Positions 1 to 13,683 of a stretch of 64,000 nucleotides of DNA are shown here, one piece after another. A program made the position numbers and the translations under genes. Location: positions 19,406,001 to 19,470,000 of the forward strand of contig NC_043004.1 of the NCBI RefSeq assembly GCF_006345805.1, in the 5' to 3' direction. The stretch comes from Octopus sinensis (taxonomy: Eukaryota). Position 1 is the stretch's first letter. Each line of letters starts with the position of its first letter. A model generated the notes under the pieces. That model was not told the DNA's origin. It did not search any database and saw only the letters and a program-made list of their open reading frames with translations.

Positions 1-1636
1 AATTAGGACAAAATGAGTATGATAAAATAAAATAAATTTCCTTTCTTCACTTTTCCAGAATAACATTCCAAAAAAGACTCATATACATCAATATCCATCC
101 TTAGACATAAGAAAAATCAGAAATGCAACAAGAATTTTAATTATCGAGCTCAGATGAAAGAGGGTCATGAAAAACTGGCACGAGATATGAAACTAAAGAA
201 ACTCGACTAAATCTAAAAAGCTAAATCTAAAATATTCTCTATAGCTTCTTCACGTTCTTTTGGAGTGACCCTTTTTTTGATATATTTACGCACCATACAG
301 TTAACAGAAGGAATTATTTGAAATTAATCATTGCTCATTTTGCTCTGCCTAAGACATTTTTTTTTATTTTCAAAATTGAAAATTATCAAATTGAGCATTT
401 GTGTGGAGAAAAACTGACTTGGAAACCAACAGAAAAAAAGAATTTAGATTGTTAAAGACCAAAAATTATCCAGATATTTTATTAGCAACCACAATTACAA
501 TCGGATCAAAGTTGAAAAATTTGGGGTTGGGGGAATGGTACCTGTCACTTAACTATGTTCCAAACAACGATAACAACTATGCCGACCAAATTTTTACTGC
601 CAAAGATGATGCAACCGTACAAAATGATGATGCAAAACTTGCAATGTAATCGCTTAAAACAGGTTATGAGAAAATAACAAGAAATCAGAAATTATTTATT
701 TTGCCCGCTTGCCCATTTCCCCACTCTCTATTTCAATGTGACTGACACCCAAGCCAGACGTTCATACCTCATAACTCGATCGGGACGTATGGCGTGGAAG
801 AGTTGCATTGGTTTGGGCAAGTCGCCTGACCGGTTGATGATGATAACGTACGTGTGACACAGTAAGTGGAAAGTATTTAGTACAAAGCGAAGTTCTTTCG
901 TGTGAAGAATACAATCACAGTACAAAAGCACCATGAAACCTGAAGATACCAGACGTACAATCATTTCTTTGTTTAAAATTATTAAGAACAGAAGACTGAG
1001 TAGAATGAATAGATTTTAATTAAATGCTGTGAATTCATTCGAACCCTCATTTGAAACCGAACACACAATATTATTGTTTACAAATGTATGTAGGAACCCC
1101 ATTTAAACATAAATACATGAAAACATTGTTGTTCATTAATATATTCATATATTTATCGCTCGATATTGAGCTAATTTAGATTTGAGTTGAAATCATACTA
1201 CAATCAAACCCTAATTTGTAATTTATTTCTCTGGTCAATAAAATGACTTACGTGCTGGTGCTGACCTAACCGACCATATGTCACCTCTACAAATATTTAT
1301 ATCCTTGGGGCAATATAAGTAATAAAACGAAACCGATTTATTAACAATAAATTAATGATCAAAATCAGTGATAAATATAACTTCAATCACCTGCATCTAA
1401 TTTTTAAATATTTTTATTGCAGTCATCTGCTCTAAGCATTCCAAACGATTAAGTTACTACAAGGATTTCCTTAACTATAGATGTAAAAGCCACATCTTTT
1501 TTTGAAGTTGATCCCTGCATACGAATATTGCTCCCAGAAGGCTCAGATAAAAGTAACAATCAACAAAAAAAAAAAACAAGCAAGAACTGCACTTGAAATA
1601 CAAGTTTTAAAATAAATACAATAGATTTAATTATAT

Positions 1637-2018
1637 TCCTCTCTACTCTGGCCACAAGGCTCGAAATTTTGGGGAGGGTGCCAGTCAATTAGATCGACTC
1701 CAGCACGCAACTGGTACTTGATTTATCGAGTCCGAAAGGATGAAAGGCAAAGTGAACCTCGGCGGAATTTGAACTCAGAACATAAAGACAGACGAAATAT
1801 CTATTTCTTTACTACCCACAAGGGGCTAAACACAGAGAGGACAAACAAGGACAGACAAACGGATTAAGTCGATTATACCGACCCCAGTGCGTAACTGGTA
1901 CTAATTTAATCGACCCGAAAGGATGACAGGCAAAGTCAACCTCGGCGGAATTTGAACTCAGAACGTAAAACCGCTAAGCATTTCGCACGGCGTGCCAACG
2001 TTTCTGCCCGCTCGCCGA
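1637..2018 (-). mobile_element. tRNA-derived SINE family A, head-to-tail dimer
   Basis: The reverse strand has an A-box-like head GGCGAGCGGGCAGAAACGTT and B-box GAGTTCAAATTCC. The same body recurs at 39.3, 40.2, 41.8-43.0, 47.2 and 62.6 kb. Confidence 0.85.
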
Positions 2019-2789
2019 CTTATCAGTATATCAATACAACTACGCACATCTCTCTCCCTTCTTCTCTCTTTCTCTCTTCCATCCTCTCTCCTTCTTTCTC
2101 GCTTTCTGGCTCCTTCCTTCTCTCTTTCTTCTCTCCCCACTCCTTGTCTTTCTATCTCTCCTTCTCCATCTATGTATGAATGTTTACATATATGTGTCTG
2201 TAAGCAGTGATTTTGTATATTCCATCACTCACTTCATCCACAGTTCCAGCAGATTGCACGCTTCAATTATTTTAGCTAAATATTAACAGATTACCATTGT
2301 AAGTGATATCTATGCATACAACATATGATGATACAAACTTAATAAGATCAATAAACAAGCTAACACAATACCATCCCAACTAAAAATTGCATTGATATTA
2401 AATGATTCTAAAAAATATTTCCCATTAAACATAGCCACCACATCTAAATGGGAAACAGGCCCCTAACATAATTTATTACTTGATCGAAAGCATGTTTGTG
2501 TTAAGATGTTCACCTTACAGCAACGTGATACAGGCTCGTTCTCATCGTCCAGCACACTGCGTAAAGCATCACTTATACTTTGGGGTCTACCTAAACTGAA
2601 TACATGAAATTTGGCAGATGCAAACTCTGTGTGCGTATGCGTGTGTGTATCGGTGGAAGATATATCTCGGCGAGGAAACCTACAAACTGGGAATTCTTAG
2701 ACGAAATGCTTCAAGATATCGCACTCGTGTTGCCCAGCACTCTACATTTCTTCTCACTATTAGAAATACAGTGGCCAGTTGCAAATAAT

Positions 2790-3061
2790 TAACCAAGGAT
2801 CTCCATGTGTCTAACACACATGGACATGCCTACAAAGTCAGAAAACAACACAGCTCCCATGACTTTCGGAAACATTTTTTCACGCTCAGAGTTGCTGAAG
2901 CATGGAATAAACTGCCTGCATCAGTTGTTGACTGTCATGACACTGCATCCTTTAAGGCCCCCATGCTTTCCGAAATTTGCCGAAACTACACCTGATTATA
3001 TATACACTTTAGATGAGTTGTAGTGCACCTGAGCACTGTACACAATTATTATTATTATTAT
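2790..3061 (+). mobile_element. 3' fragment of a CR1-like LINE with (TTA)n tail
   Basis: ORF 2807-2995 reads HGHAYKVRK...RKHFFTLRVAEAWNKLPASVV...SFK, the typical CR1 RT C-terminus. A short 3' UTR and ATTATTATT follow. Confidence 0.75.
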
Positions 3062-3672
3062 TTAAAAAATACAATTACATTAAAAAATTGCATAGCTTAA
3101 CGCAGGCGCGTGCATATGCACATGCACATACATACACGCGCTCAGATACCAACAACACGAACAAAAATACATTTTCCAACTACAGAAAACCTTAATACCT
3201 TCACCCAAACACCTGGAATGGTTGATTTTTCAGGCTACTCCCGAGTGGTGGTCATGACATTGCGAGTTTATCTACAATTTCAGAGAAGAGCCGAATTTAC
3301 TCGCTGTCAGCTAATAAATCATCTTTCAGCCATTATCCATTCTTGCAGTGTTGTGATTGCTTGCTTACCATGAGTGATTTCTCACCCATTCATATACAGA
3401 TGTCAGTTCAATTAACTGTACAATTAACCTACTAATTTGTGGCTTTCTACCAACTTAAGGAATCTTTATTTCTATGGTTGCTGCTGCTGTTGTAATTAAT
3501 GGTATCTGTCCTATCATCCGAACCATTGATCTTTATTTATTTTTCATTATCTGCTCTCTCACTTATATCCTCCACTTTATCATAACTGCAGTCACACATA
3601 CACACACACACACATACACACACACACACGCACACATACACACATACACTCACACACACACACATACACACA

Positions 3673-3709
<37 letters not shown>

Positions 3710-3859
3710 CTATATGTATCAGTTCTTTTGTCAGAAATCAGTCAAACATATATGTACAAATATTTGCACGCGCATGGGCGCGCGTACTTCGTTCTTGTAT
3801 TTGGTTTGCAAGAATCTTGATGCAAATTCTTGTGTTGAAACAAATTTTGTTGTATCTTG

Positions 3860-4050
3860 GGAGGGTCATTACGCCAATAATAACAACACATGCAATGGTT
3901 CAATATCACTTTTTTATTGTTAGTCAATTGTTTCAATACCTAACCAACTCTGTAATCGGCCGTTTGTTTAATATGCTGCTTAAACAATCAATAGGTTGTT
4001 TGTTAATGAAAGGCATTTCGACGCTATTCGCGACCTCTTCAATGACACGT
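3860..4050 (+). repeat. Unclassified dispersed repeat; diverged inverted copy at ~6268-6455
   Basis: Shares blocks AGGGTCATT(A/G)CGCCAATAATAA, TGGTTCAATA and TTCGACG(C/T)TATTCG with the reverse complement of 6268-6455. Confidence 0.6.
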
Positions 4051-4161
4051 CTTCTCTTTTAAAGGTTTGCCCTAAGGTGTCCGAATGTGCTCTAGATGTT
4101 TTGCTTACAAGAGCTGGTAAGGTTGAAAGTAAACGAAGAGTTAGTGTGTGTGTGTGTTGTT

Positions 4162-4192
<31 letters not shown>

Positions 4193-4427
4193 TTGTGTGC
4201 TTTTGTGTGTATGTGTGTGTATGTGTTGTGTGTACATCCGCGTGGCTGCCTGTAGTTGTGTTTGTGTGTTTATGCGTGTGAGTGCTTTAGCCATCCGTGA
4301 CCTCTTTAAAGGTTCGGTATTTTGTTCCAAGTCAGTTCGGTCACAGATCTGCAGATATATAAATGGTAGGTTTAGAACAACAGCAGGATCCATGGAAATC
4401 CGTATAAATATATAAATATATGTAAAT

Positions 4428-4537
4428 TGGGCTTACAAAGAATAAGACCCAGGGTCGATTTGCTCGACTAAAGGCGGTGCTCCAGCATGGCCGCAGTCAA
4501 ATGACTGAAACAAGTAAAAGAGTAATAAAAGAGTAAT
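4428..4537 (+). mobile_element. SINE family B, 3' fragment
   Basis: GGCGGTGCTCCAGCATGGCCGCAGTCAAATGACTGAAAC plus an AAAGAGT tail, as in the full copies at 12.7 and 37.3 kb. Confidence 0.8.
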
Positions 4538-5313
4538 ATGTACAACTCCAATACATAACCACACACATCCACACACGCACTCACTCACATGCATGCATGC
4601 AGGTGTAGGTGTGTACAGGTAGGGTAGGATTAGAATGATAGAAGGATACAAAGAAAGCCATACAAATAAATACATGTAGTTATGAACAATCCCATTGCAC
4701 AACCATACACATATACGCACACGCGCGAACGAGCAGGCGCAGATTGTGCACGCGCGGACGGGCACATGCGGGTGGTCACGCACAAACACACACGAAGGCG
4801 TAAATGCACGCAAGAACACGAACAGAAGAGCGCACAACAATACACACACACACATACACATACAACACATACACAAGTACACATACAGACATGCTCAAGT
4901 ACTCACCACACACACACACACGTAGGCAGGAATACATACACACACGGAAGAACGCACACGTGCAAACATACGGATGTTTACCTCTTTAACAAACCATCGC
5001 ACAGCACGTACACGCAGGAACGCACACACACACACACACACGCATATTGGAATGCATACACATAAGCAAACACTCACATATTCACACACGCGCGTGTATG
5101 GGCTCAAACGAACTTACAGAACTGACTCAATCACACAAACACGCACCCAAGACTACACTCTCGCACGCGGGCGCAGATGCTCACACACACCTACTCGGTT
5201 CTCGTCTCCCGCTCCTCTTTCTGCACGTAAAGAACTACACCGATAAATCTTTACGGGACGACAAGCGAGCCCCGGCAGATCTGAGACTGAACTGTCTTTG
5301 AACCAAAGGCATA

Positions 5314-5696
5314 TGGAAGCACTCCGTCGGTTACGACGACGAGGGTTCCGGTTGATCCGAATCAACGGAACAGCCTGCTCGTGAAATTAACCTGTAAGTG
5401 GCTGAGCACTCCACAGACACATGTACCCTTAACGTAGTTCTCGGGGATATTCAGCGTGACACAGAGAGTGAAAAGGCCGGCCCTTTGAAATACAGGTACA
5501 ACAGAAACAGGAAGTAAGAGTGAGAGAAAGTTGTGGTGAAAGAGTACAGCAGGGATCACCACCATCCCCTGCCGGAGCCTCGTGGAGCTTTAGGTGTTTT
5601 CGCTCAATAAACACTCACAACGCCCGGTCTGGGAATCGAAACCGCGATCCTATGACCACGAGTCCGCTGCCCTAACCACTGGGTCATTGCGCCTCC
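5314..5696 (-). mobile_element. tRNA-derived SINE family C
   Basis: The reverse strand begins GGAGGCGCAATGACCCAGTGGTTAGGGCAGCGGACTC...GGTTTCGATTCCCAG (A/B boxes). Partial copies lie at 24.8-25.1 and 31.4-31.5 kb. Confidence 0.85.
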
Positions 5697-5949
5697 ACCA
5701 AAGGCATAACTCATAAACAGATCACTGATGGCTAATGCACACACACACACAAACTCACATACAGGCAGTTACGAGGGTGTACATCTGCACAAACACACAC
5801 ACGCACGCAAGTGCGCACACACACACAAACTGTTCGTTTACTCTCACCTTTATCTGTAAGCAAGCATACATCTACATGCACTCATACAGACTTTCATATA
5901 CACAGGCATAAGACAAATTCTCGGACAGACTCAGGATGAATATTTGAAG

Positions 5950-6263
5950 AGGCGCAGGAGTGGCTGTGTAGTAAGTAGCTTGCTTACCAACCACATGGTT
6001 CCGGGTTCATTCCCACTGCGTGGCACCTTGGGCAAGTGTCTTCTACTATAGCCTCGAGCCGACCAAAGCCTTGTGAGTGGATTTGGCAGACGGAAACTGA
6101 AAGAAGCCCGTCATATATATGTATATATATGTATGTGTGTGTTTGTGTGTGTTTGTGTGTGTGTGTGTATGTTTGTGTGTCTGTGTTTGTCCCCCTTCAA
6201 CATCGCTTGACAACCGATGGTGGTGTGTTTACATCCCCGTAACTTAGAAGTTCGGTAAAAGAG
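5950..6263 (+). mobile_element. tRNA-derived SINE family B (CORE-like block, internal TA/TG microsatellite), 3'-truncated
   Basis: Head AGGCGCAGGAGTGGCTGTGTAGTAAG, B-box-like GGTTCATTCCC, CORE-like CACCTTGGGCAAGTGTCTT and a central microsatellite. Confidence 0.85.
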
Positions 6264-6492
6264 ATAGAGCATGTGATTGAAGAAGTCACGAATAACGTCG
6301 AAAAGATTTTGACTAACAAACAACGAATAATTGCCTAGACATCACATTAAACAAACAATCGATTAGTTAATCAGTTAAATAAGCAGGTGACTAACAATAA
6401 AGAAATGGTATTGAACCAGTGGTGTGTTATTATTATTGGCGCAATGACCCTACCGGGGCACAATATAAATATATATATAAATATATATATAA

Positions 6493-6523
<31 letters not shown>

Positions 6524-6769
6524 GAGAGAAAGAAGACAGAAAGGAAGGAAGAATGAGTTGGAGAAAGAGAGAGTGAGAGAGAGGCTTATACACACGCGAA
6601 TATATCAATATTAGCTATTTTATCAAGTATGTATCTCTGTATGTATGTATGTATGTATGTATGTATGTATGTATGCACACACACACACACACACATACAT
6701 ATATATATATAGTTGGAATTTACAGATAAACAAAAGAGGAAAACAGGTGTATAAACAACAACCAGGTTT

Positions 6770-9700
6770 ATTAGTTAGACGCTTTGTTAGGGTCCATGTT
6801 GTAAATCCATATAAATGAAGTGACTGCACAACCGCCTGAAAGAATTACGTTTCAAATTTTATGGAAACTTAGGCTTTTAGACCGTTGATAATTTATTTGA
6901 AGCGAACCAAGCTTTGCTGATTCGGACATGAATATCATTTGCGGACCGATCTTCCTTTGCGATTTTACTTCCAATGTAATTCATCAATATTTTCCAAACA
7001 TTTTCCAGATGTAGAGTTAATGTTGCCGCTCTGGTTGTACGTCATATATTGTTTTGTCCGTATTGACGTGGAGACCAACACCTTTAGTCATCAACATAGC
7101 CAGCATTATGATGGTCAAAGAGAAAATCTGCTTTGGGCTCGTTGAAGAGTGAATCTTTCGTCTTTCAATACATCTACAGAAGTGCATGGAACTTAATCTA
7201 GACATTGATGAGCAGTTAGGGTGCGAGGGTGTCACCATGGAGGACAGCAGCCATTATGTCAAAGAACTCTGTCGCCATCTGGAAGACGAACTATACGAAG
7301 GGGTACCAAAAAAACCCCAGAATTTTACAATATTATTTTACTTAATTTTACATGTTTACACTTTTATCGTCTCCAAAATATTCTCCATTTAAAGCAATGC
7401 ATCAATCCAGACACGTTTTCCACTGTTCAAAGCGGTGCTGGAACTCTTGCAAAGTGATGCCTTTTAACGCCTCTGTCGTTTTTTTTTTCTTTACCTCTTT
7501 CACATCTTCAAATTCCATTACACCAGCTTTCATCGCCAGTGATAACTTTTGAATAAAGGTCCGCATCAACTTCCAACTGTTCTTTCAGTTCACGATTCAG
7601 ACGCGACTGCTTTCGATTTTCCGTGAGCAAGCGAGGCACAAACATTGCTACGACTCTTTTCATTCTCAATTCCTCGTTCAATATTTGTTAGCAGGAGCTT
7701 CAGGACACACCAGTCATATCAAGTTCGTCAATTGTTCGGTGACAGTCTCCCAAGATCAGATCATAAATTTTCATGAAGTTTTCATTCGTTCGGGAGGTCG
7801 ACGGGTGCCCTGAACGAGACTGGTCATTCCTAAATTTGCGACAAGTGATCATTCCTAAAGCGTAAAAACCATTTGTAAACATGTGATTTTCTCGTGGCAG
7901 TGGCCTTGTAAGCTGCTTGGAGTATGACAACTGTTTTGGCCGCCGTCTTCCCCAGCAGAAAACTGAATTTCACGGAAGCACACTGTTCCTGCCATCGCAA
8001 AAGTCGATGAACAGGGGAGAAAGACTGTAAAACAAAGACGCACAACATGGCAGCACTCGGCAGAATGATGTCTGAGTGTTGCATCGAGTGGTTTCTAGCG
8101 GTGGAAGCCTGAACTACAACGGGCTTGTCCCACAGAGAAAGCTTCCGATTACTTTTGGGCGTACAACATCATGGTAGCATTGACAGTGTTTGATATAACG
8201 TATGCAAGAAGTATCTTTTTCCCTTTGTGTATTGAGTTAAAGGCTCTAGAAAAGTTAACAGACACGAGGACTGCTTTCAGGTTCCTCGCATGAATGTCCC
8301 TCTGAGCGAATGTTGATATATGTCTCCGAAAGTCATTTTGGTTTTACTTTAAGGCGTTTTTCGATCTCTCGTCGGATACGATTGAATAGCATGGCATCGT
8401 AAACTTCGACAGATATGGCATTGAGCCAATCCCTCCTTTGGTTTTTTGGTAACACTGGGATCTTGCTTCTTTGGAAACAGGAAGATGAATCCTTTACTCC
8501 ATTTCTCTGTACGGTTTTGATGGTACATAAAATTAACTTCGAAGAACAATGTCAACAAATATCCTTATTTTCCAAACTCAGGTGAGATTTCATCCAAACC
8601 AGCTGCTTTTATGGTCTTCAAAGATTTTATACCTGCTTCCATTTCCCTCATAGAAAACTCCCCAAGTTGTTGTTGAGTTGGTGATGAATGATCTTTCTAA
8701 TCACAAAGTTGGTAATTTCAGGTGGTTTACTAAGTAGGTTTTACAGTGCTCTCCCCATAGTTTGAGTCGTTTAACTTAACTTGCTGCTTTCAGTATGGAT
8801 ATTGAGAAGTCCTTTCTTCTGTTTACTTCGTTTACAATTTTCCATGCCACAGATGATCATTTATTGCCAATAGAAACATTGATGTTGTCGATTTGCTTTT
8901 CTACATAAAGCTCTTGCACTTTTTGATATTCTTTGGCTAATAATTCCTTCCGTGCTTCAGTGAACTGTTTTAGGTTTGTTCTTTTTCGTTTAAAAATCTT
9001 TCTGCGCTTTTCGCTTTTCGGTAACAACTGCAGTTCCCAGGGAACTCTGTGTTTAACTCTTGGTTTCAGAGGGATGCCCTAATTTGTTGCTTGCACTGAA
9101 AATTTTCATACTCATCATTGGAGGGGGGCGGTTACAGAAGTATTTTACAGGGCTTCGTATCTGTAATTTAATTTCAAATTGATCGTATATCAGGATTTGC
9201 TAGAGACGACCAGTCGCAGCAGTTACGTTTGGTTTCAGGTTTTTTGCTTGATCTTAGACTGAGGCGAATTTTAGCTGATACTGTCCTGTAGTCAGAAGAA
9301 ACATGAAACGTTTCAAGTGACATACAGTTCTTGGTACTATTTGTCCACTTTCGTTAATTAGTATGTGGTCTATTGTGCCTTTGTACCATTTGGGTATGTG
9401 AAGATCCACCGCTAGCCTACGGTGATACCTTGAGTTAAGACAGATGAAACTATTTACAAATATGAATTCAGATATTCTACATTTTGATTTGTTGTTTCAT
9501 GGGAACAGTATTTGTGTTTATCCTTTGCGAGGTGAGCATTCATATCTCCTCCCAGAAGTAGTACATTATGATATGGTGTGTAAGTGTGTGTGTATGTGTG
9601 TGTGTAAGAGAGAGAGAGAGGGCGAGAGAGAGAAAGAGAGAGAGAATTCCTGATAGAACCTGACAACCCCCTCTTCATCAGAGATGCGGTGTAGAGATAA

Positions 9701-9935
9701 AGGTCCACCCATTTCCAGCATCGTCATATTTTAGTTCGAGATCGCTGTGATGAAAACGGTGTTCTTGCATACAAATTATACCGATATTTTGGTGGGCGGC
9801 AGATCCAGTGGGTTTTGGTAACTGACTTAAGGAATGTAATGTTCTGACATTCAAGGTGGAAGTGTTTAAATATGTGGTACATTTCAAAAGGTTAGATTTT
9901 GAGTTCGATTTTGTTACTGATTTTTTGAACACTGG
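6770..9935 (-). mobile_element. Decayed RTE-clade LINE (APE endonuclease + RT), split by a mariner insertion
   Basis: Fragmented motifs occur in the expected order: TLNVRTL...ICMQEHR, GGDMNAH, AAGLDEISPE, EKWSKGFIFLFPKK, FSRAFNSIH, VLHGDTLAP, GLHVNTDKT, LYGFTTWTLTKRL. There are many stops and frameshifts. Confidence 0.8.
7294..8163 (-). mobile_element. Internally deleted mariner DNA transposon
   Basis: EQCASVKFSFLLGKTAAKTV, SRSGHPSTS, FVPRLLT and KVITGDESWC are joined directly to C-terminal FEDVKEVKKKTTEALKGI...FEQWK. TIR-like ends are TACGAAGGGGTACCAAAAAAACC (left) and CCGATTACTTTTGGGCGTA (right, damaged). Confidence 0.85.
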
Positions 9936-10189
9936 CCAATGTCACAACCTCAGCAGGACGCGCCTATTGTTGACCTGCGCGACGGGCAGGTTTAAGCGTC
10001 TGATACGAAAAATTATCATACTTATGCTTCGTTAGCTGAACATTCCATCGACGGACGTCACACCTATGCATGTTGTAACAGTTGATTTATTTAACTGGGT
10101 GACGCTGGCTGGGAGTTTTTTCTTAATTGAGGTATATACAAACTCATTAACACACACGCGCACACATACACACACACACATACACACTC

Positions 10190-10760
10190 GTCTACGCTTA
10201 TAATATTTTTAAAAAATACATGCTTACTGCGGGATTCGAGTAACGCATGCACAATGGCATAAAATAACCAGCAGGAGTTAGCTGCAACATACCTACCCCA
10301 AAGAATTTATTTCTTCATAGCTTTCAGAAAAATAGATATTTTAAATGAAATTTTCTATAAATAATCTTCAGATGGTGTAGATTCTACTTATGTCAAGATT
10401 TTTTGTGAAATAAATTTTTCGAAAAAATATGTGATGTGTGTGAGTATGTATGTGTGCTATACCGTCATTTTTTTTTTTATTAAATTCCAATTTCGTAGTA
10501 AACTTCATATTCTAAAAGCTATTTGTCAAAATTTCCATTTAAAAATACCCATCTTTCCGAAAGTTATAAGGAAACAAAGTCTAATCGTGTGAATTTTCTG
10601 AAGTTCTTCGCTCCACTCACCCGAAAAAGCTTTTTCAGAACAAATTCAGATGTAATCAGAATCTATACCATCTGAAGCGAATTTGTAAAAAATTTCATTT
10701 ACAAAATATCCATTTTTCTGAAAGTTATGAGTAAACAAAATCGATGGGGCGCATCTGTGT
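10190..10760. mobile_element. AT-rich MITE/fold-back-like element, copy 1 of 3 diverged direct copies
   Basis: A ~65-bp inverted repeat pairs 10321-10385 with 10658-10724. Homologous copies lie at ~11306-11865 and partially at ~11955-12190. Confidence 0.6.
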
Positions 10761-11305
10761 ATGCATGTCCATTACTTTACACACACACATACACATGTAT
10801 GCATGTATATATGTACGTACGAACGTATGTATGTATGTATGTATGTATGTATGTATGCGCCAACAAGACCTCTACATGGTAACTAGACCTTATAGAAATA
10901 GCATCTTAATTTCCCTCAAATCTAAGAACCACATAATCCAACATACACAGATAAAAGTAGAGACGGGCACGGATGGAATGCTTTGTACCATAAGTGAGCT
11001 CCATCACGTGAGAGCAGAACTGGGGTAAACAACAGCATCGGTCAACGCCCACCCCCGCTACTGCTAAACAATATACGACAGAGAGAGAGAGAGAGAGAGG
11101 ACAGTAGTGCATAAGATTTTAAAAGTGTGATAGAGAGAGAAGGGGTGATGATAGTTGAGTGGAAAAAAGAGAGGGAAGAGAGAAATGATAACCTTGATCA
11201 GAGAAAGAAAGGATGGAGGTATAAATCAAAGTGGAGTGGGAGAGGAGAGGGAGAGAAAACAAGGGACAACAAAGAGGGAGGGAGAGAGAAGTTGGACACG
11301 AAACA

Positions 11306-12190
11306 CGTATCTACGCTTATAATTTTAAGAAATATATTTACAATAGACTTCCGGTTGTGCATGCACAATGATAAACAATAACCGACAGGAGTTAGATGCA
11401 GCATACCTACACATAGGTGCCACAAGGATTTTCTTTCTTAGCATTCAGGATAATGGTTATTTTTTTAATTAATTTCTCTATAAATAGCGCTTCAAATGGT
11501 GTAAATTCCAATTATATAGGAATTTTTGGAATAAAGTTTTAGAAACAAAATATGTGATGTGTATCAGTATGTATGTGTGTTATACCACCAGCTTTCATTT
11601 TCAAATTAATTTCCGACACATTCGTAATCTGCACACACTGAAAGCTATTTGTTGAAATTTTCATTTAAAAATACCCATTTTCCCAAGTTATGAAGAAACA
11701 GAGTCGACTCGTGTGAATTTTCTGTAGCTCCTCTCCCCACTTCTCCGAAAATCATTTTTTGACAACAAATTCAGATGTTATAGAAATCCACATAATCTGA
11801 AGCATATTTCAAAAAATTTCATTAAAAGATATCCACTTTTCTGGAAGTTAAGATTATATCGGAATTTAATACGAAAGAAAAAAAATTGATGATATTACAT
11901 GATATTACGGGGACAAAATGAAACTGGAAATTTCGAAAAAAAAAAAAAAAATTATGAAATGTGTCTGTATGTGTGTGTGCGTTTCATACCAAATTCTTAT
12001 ATAATCGTAATTTACACACTTAAAAATACTCATTTTCCCGAAAGTTATAAAGAAATGAAGCTGACTCGTGTGAATTTTCTAAAACACCCACTCTTCACTC
12101 ACACGCTAATTTTTTTTTTTCGCAACAAGACTGATATATAAAACGTATTTGTCGAAAAATATCATTAAAATTTATCTGCTTTTCTGGAAG
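11306..12190. repeat. Copies 2 and 3 (partial) of the 10.2-kb element
   Basis: Shares the TCTACGCTTATAATTTT start and the motifs CTCGTGTGAATTTTCT and TTAAAAATACCCATT. Confidence 0.65.
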
Positions 12191-12744
12191 CAAATTCGTG
12201 GTGCATATTTGTGTATGGATGCTCATTGCTTTAACAAAAGTAATACTATGATGACAGTGCAATTATATATCTACATATCAGCTTCCTTTGCTTCATTCTC
12301 ATTTTGTATGCAGCAATAATTATATAACTGCATATTATATATAAACAAAGAGTATACTTCTTTCGTTAGGTTTGGTTCAAAAGAGTGACAATAATGTGAG
12401 TGAGGTGGGCTCAGTTTTTCACTACACACAAACGTAAATAGGATAACGGTATTTACGATGATATGGTGTATACTAACGAATAATAAATGTATTAAAAATA
12501 CACGTTCTTTTAACACAATTGCATTTCCTCTTATAGCTCTACTTTTCGTTTTCCATTATTGATATTCAAGCTTCATTCATGTCGCATGTCTTGCCAGCAT
12601 TCTTTCCACGTGCGTAACCACATGTGTATACTAACGCATATACATTATAGAAATATATGAAACCAATCTAAGTCATGGTATCTTAAAGAGAGCGTATTCG
12701 CATAAGTTTGTGTGTGTGTGTGTGTGTGTGTGTACATATTCTAC

Positions 12745-13203
12745 TATTCTTTTATTTGTTTCAGTCACTTGACCGTGGCCATGCGGTAGTACCGCCTTAA
12801 AGGGACTTCTGTCGAAGAAATCGACCCCAAGACTTATTCTTTGCAAGCCTAGTACTCATTCTATCGGCTCCTTTTGCAGAACCGCTAGGTTACGGGGACT
12901 AAACACACCAACATCGGATGTCAAGCGATGGTGGAGGGACAAACACAGACACAAACACACACACACTAACACATACGCACACATATGTGTATGTGTATGT
13001 GTGTGTGTGTGTGTGTTTGTGTGTGTGTATGCACATATACGATGGGCTTCTTTCAGTTCCTCTCTACGAAATCCACTCACAAAGTTTTAGTCGACCCGAG
13101 GTTATAGTAGAAGACACTTGACCAAGGTTCCACGAAGTGAGACTGAGCCCGGAATCATGAGGCTAGGAAGCAAGCTTCTTACCACGCAGCCACACCTGCA
13201 CCT
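12745..13203 (-). mobile_element. SINE family B, full length
   Basis: The reverse complement matches the family B head, CORE-like block, central (CA)n and 3' stem-loop tail. Confidence 0.85.
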
Positions 13204-13209
13204 ATTCTA

Positions 13210-13248
<39 letters not shown>

Positions 13249-13554
13249 GCGTGTGTGTATGTGTGTAAGTACACGCACACACACACATAAGGAAATCGAA
13301 AATTAAAAATATGAAGACAAAAATTAAAGGATATGTACACATGGAATGCATTAGCTTGAAGCTCAGTATAAGATGGAAAAAAAGAGTGGGTGTATTATGT
13401 TTTGAGCATTGGCCCATCGTCAAAAACAGGAGGAGGAAAGGTCCAGAGGGAAGGAAAAGTGGGCAAGAAAAGTACTATTTTACATGTACTATTTTTACCA
13501 CCTTGTTTTGTATTTATGCGCTTAGTTTATTTGTGTATGTGTGTGTAGGTAGGT

Positions 13555-13562
13555 AGATAGAT

Positions 13563-13649
<87 letters not shown>

Positions 13650-13683
13650 CAGACAAACAGATAGATAGATAGATAGATAGATA
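13555..13683 (+). repeat. (GATA)n microsatellite at the 3' junction of the Tx1 element
   Basis: Direct reading. Confidence 0.95.

Noticed and set aside
37-649. Splice-acceptor-like polypyrimidine-CAG at 37-58 and the 82-aa ORF at 401-649
   Set aside because: All frames close quickly, there is no recognisable domain or donor partner, and the start is GTG. It cannot be supported as a host exon.
3190-3470. Possible Tc1 N-terminal relic
   Set aside because: No convincing motif in any frame.
5600-5696. tRNA-like sequences here and at 5950, 33206, 39283 and elsewhere
   Set aside because: They are SINE heads with A/B boxes and no complete cloverleaf, continuing into SINE bodies.
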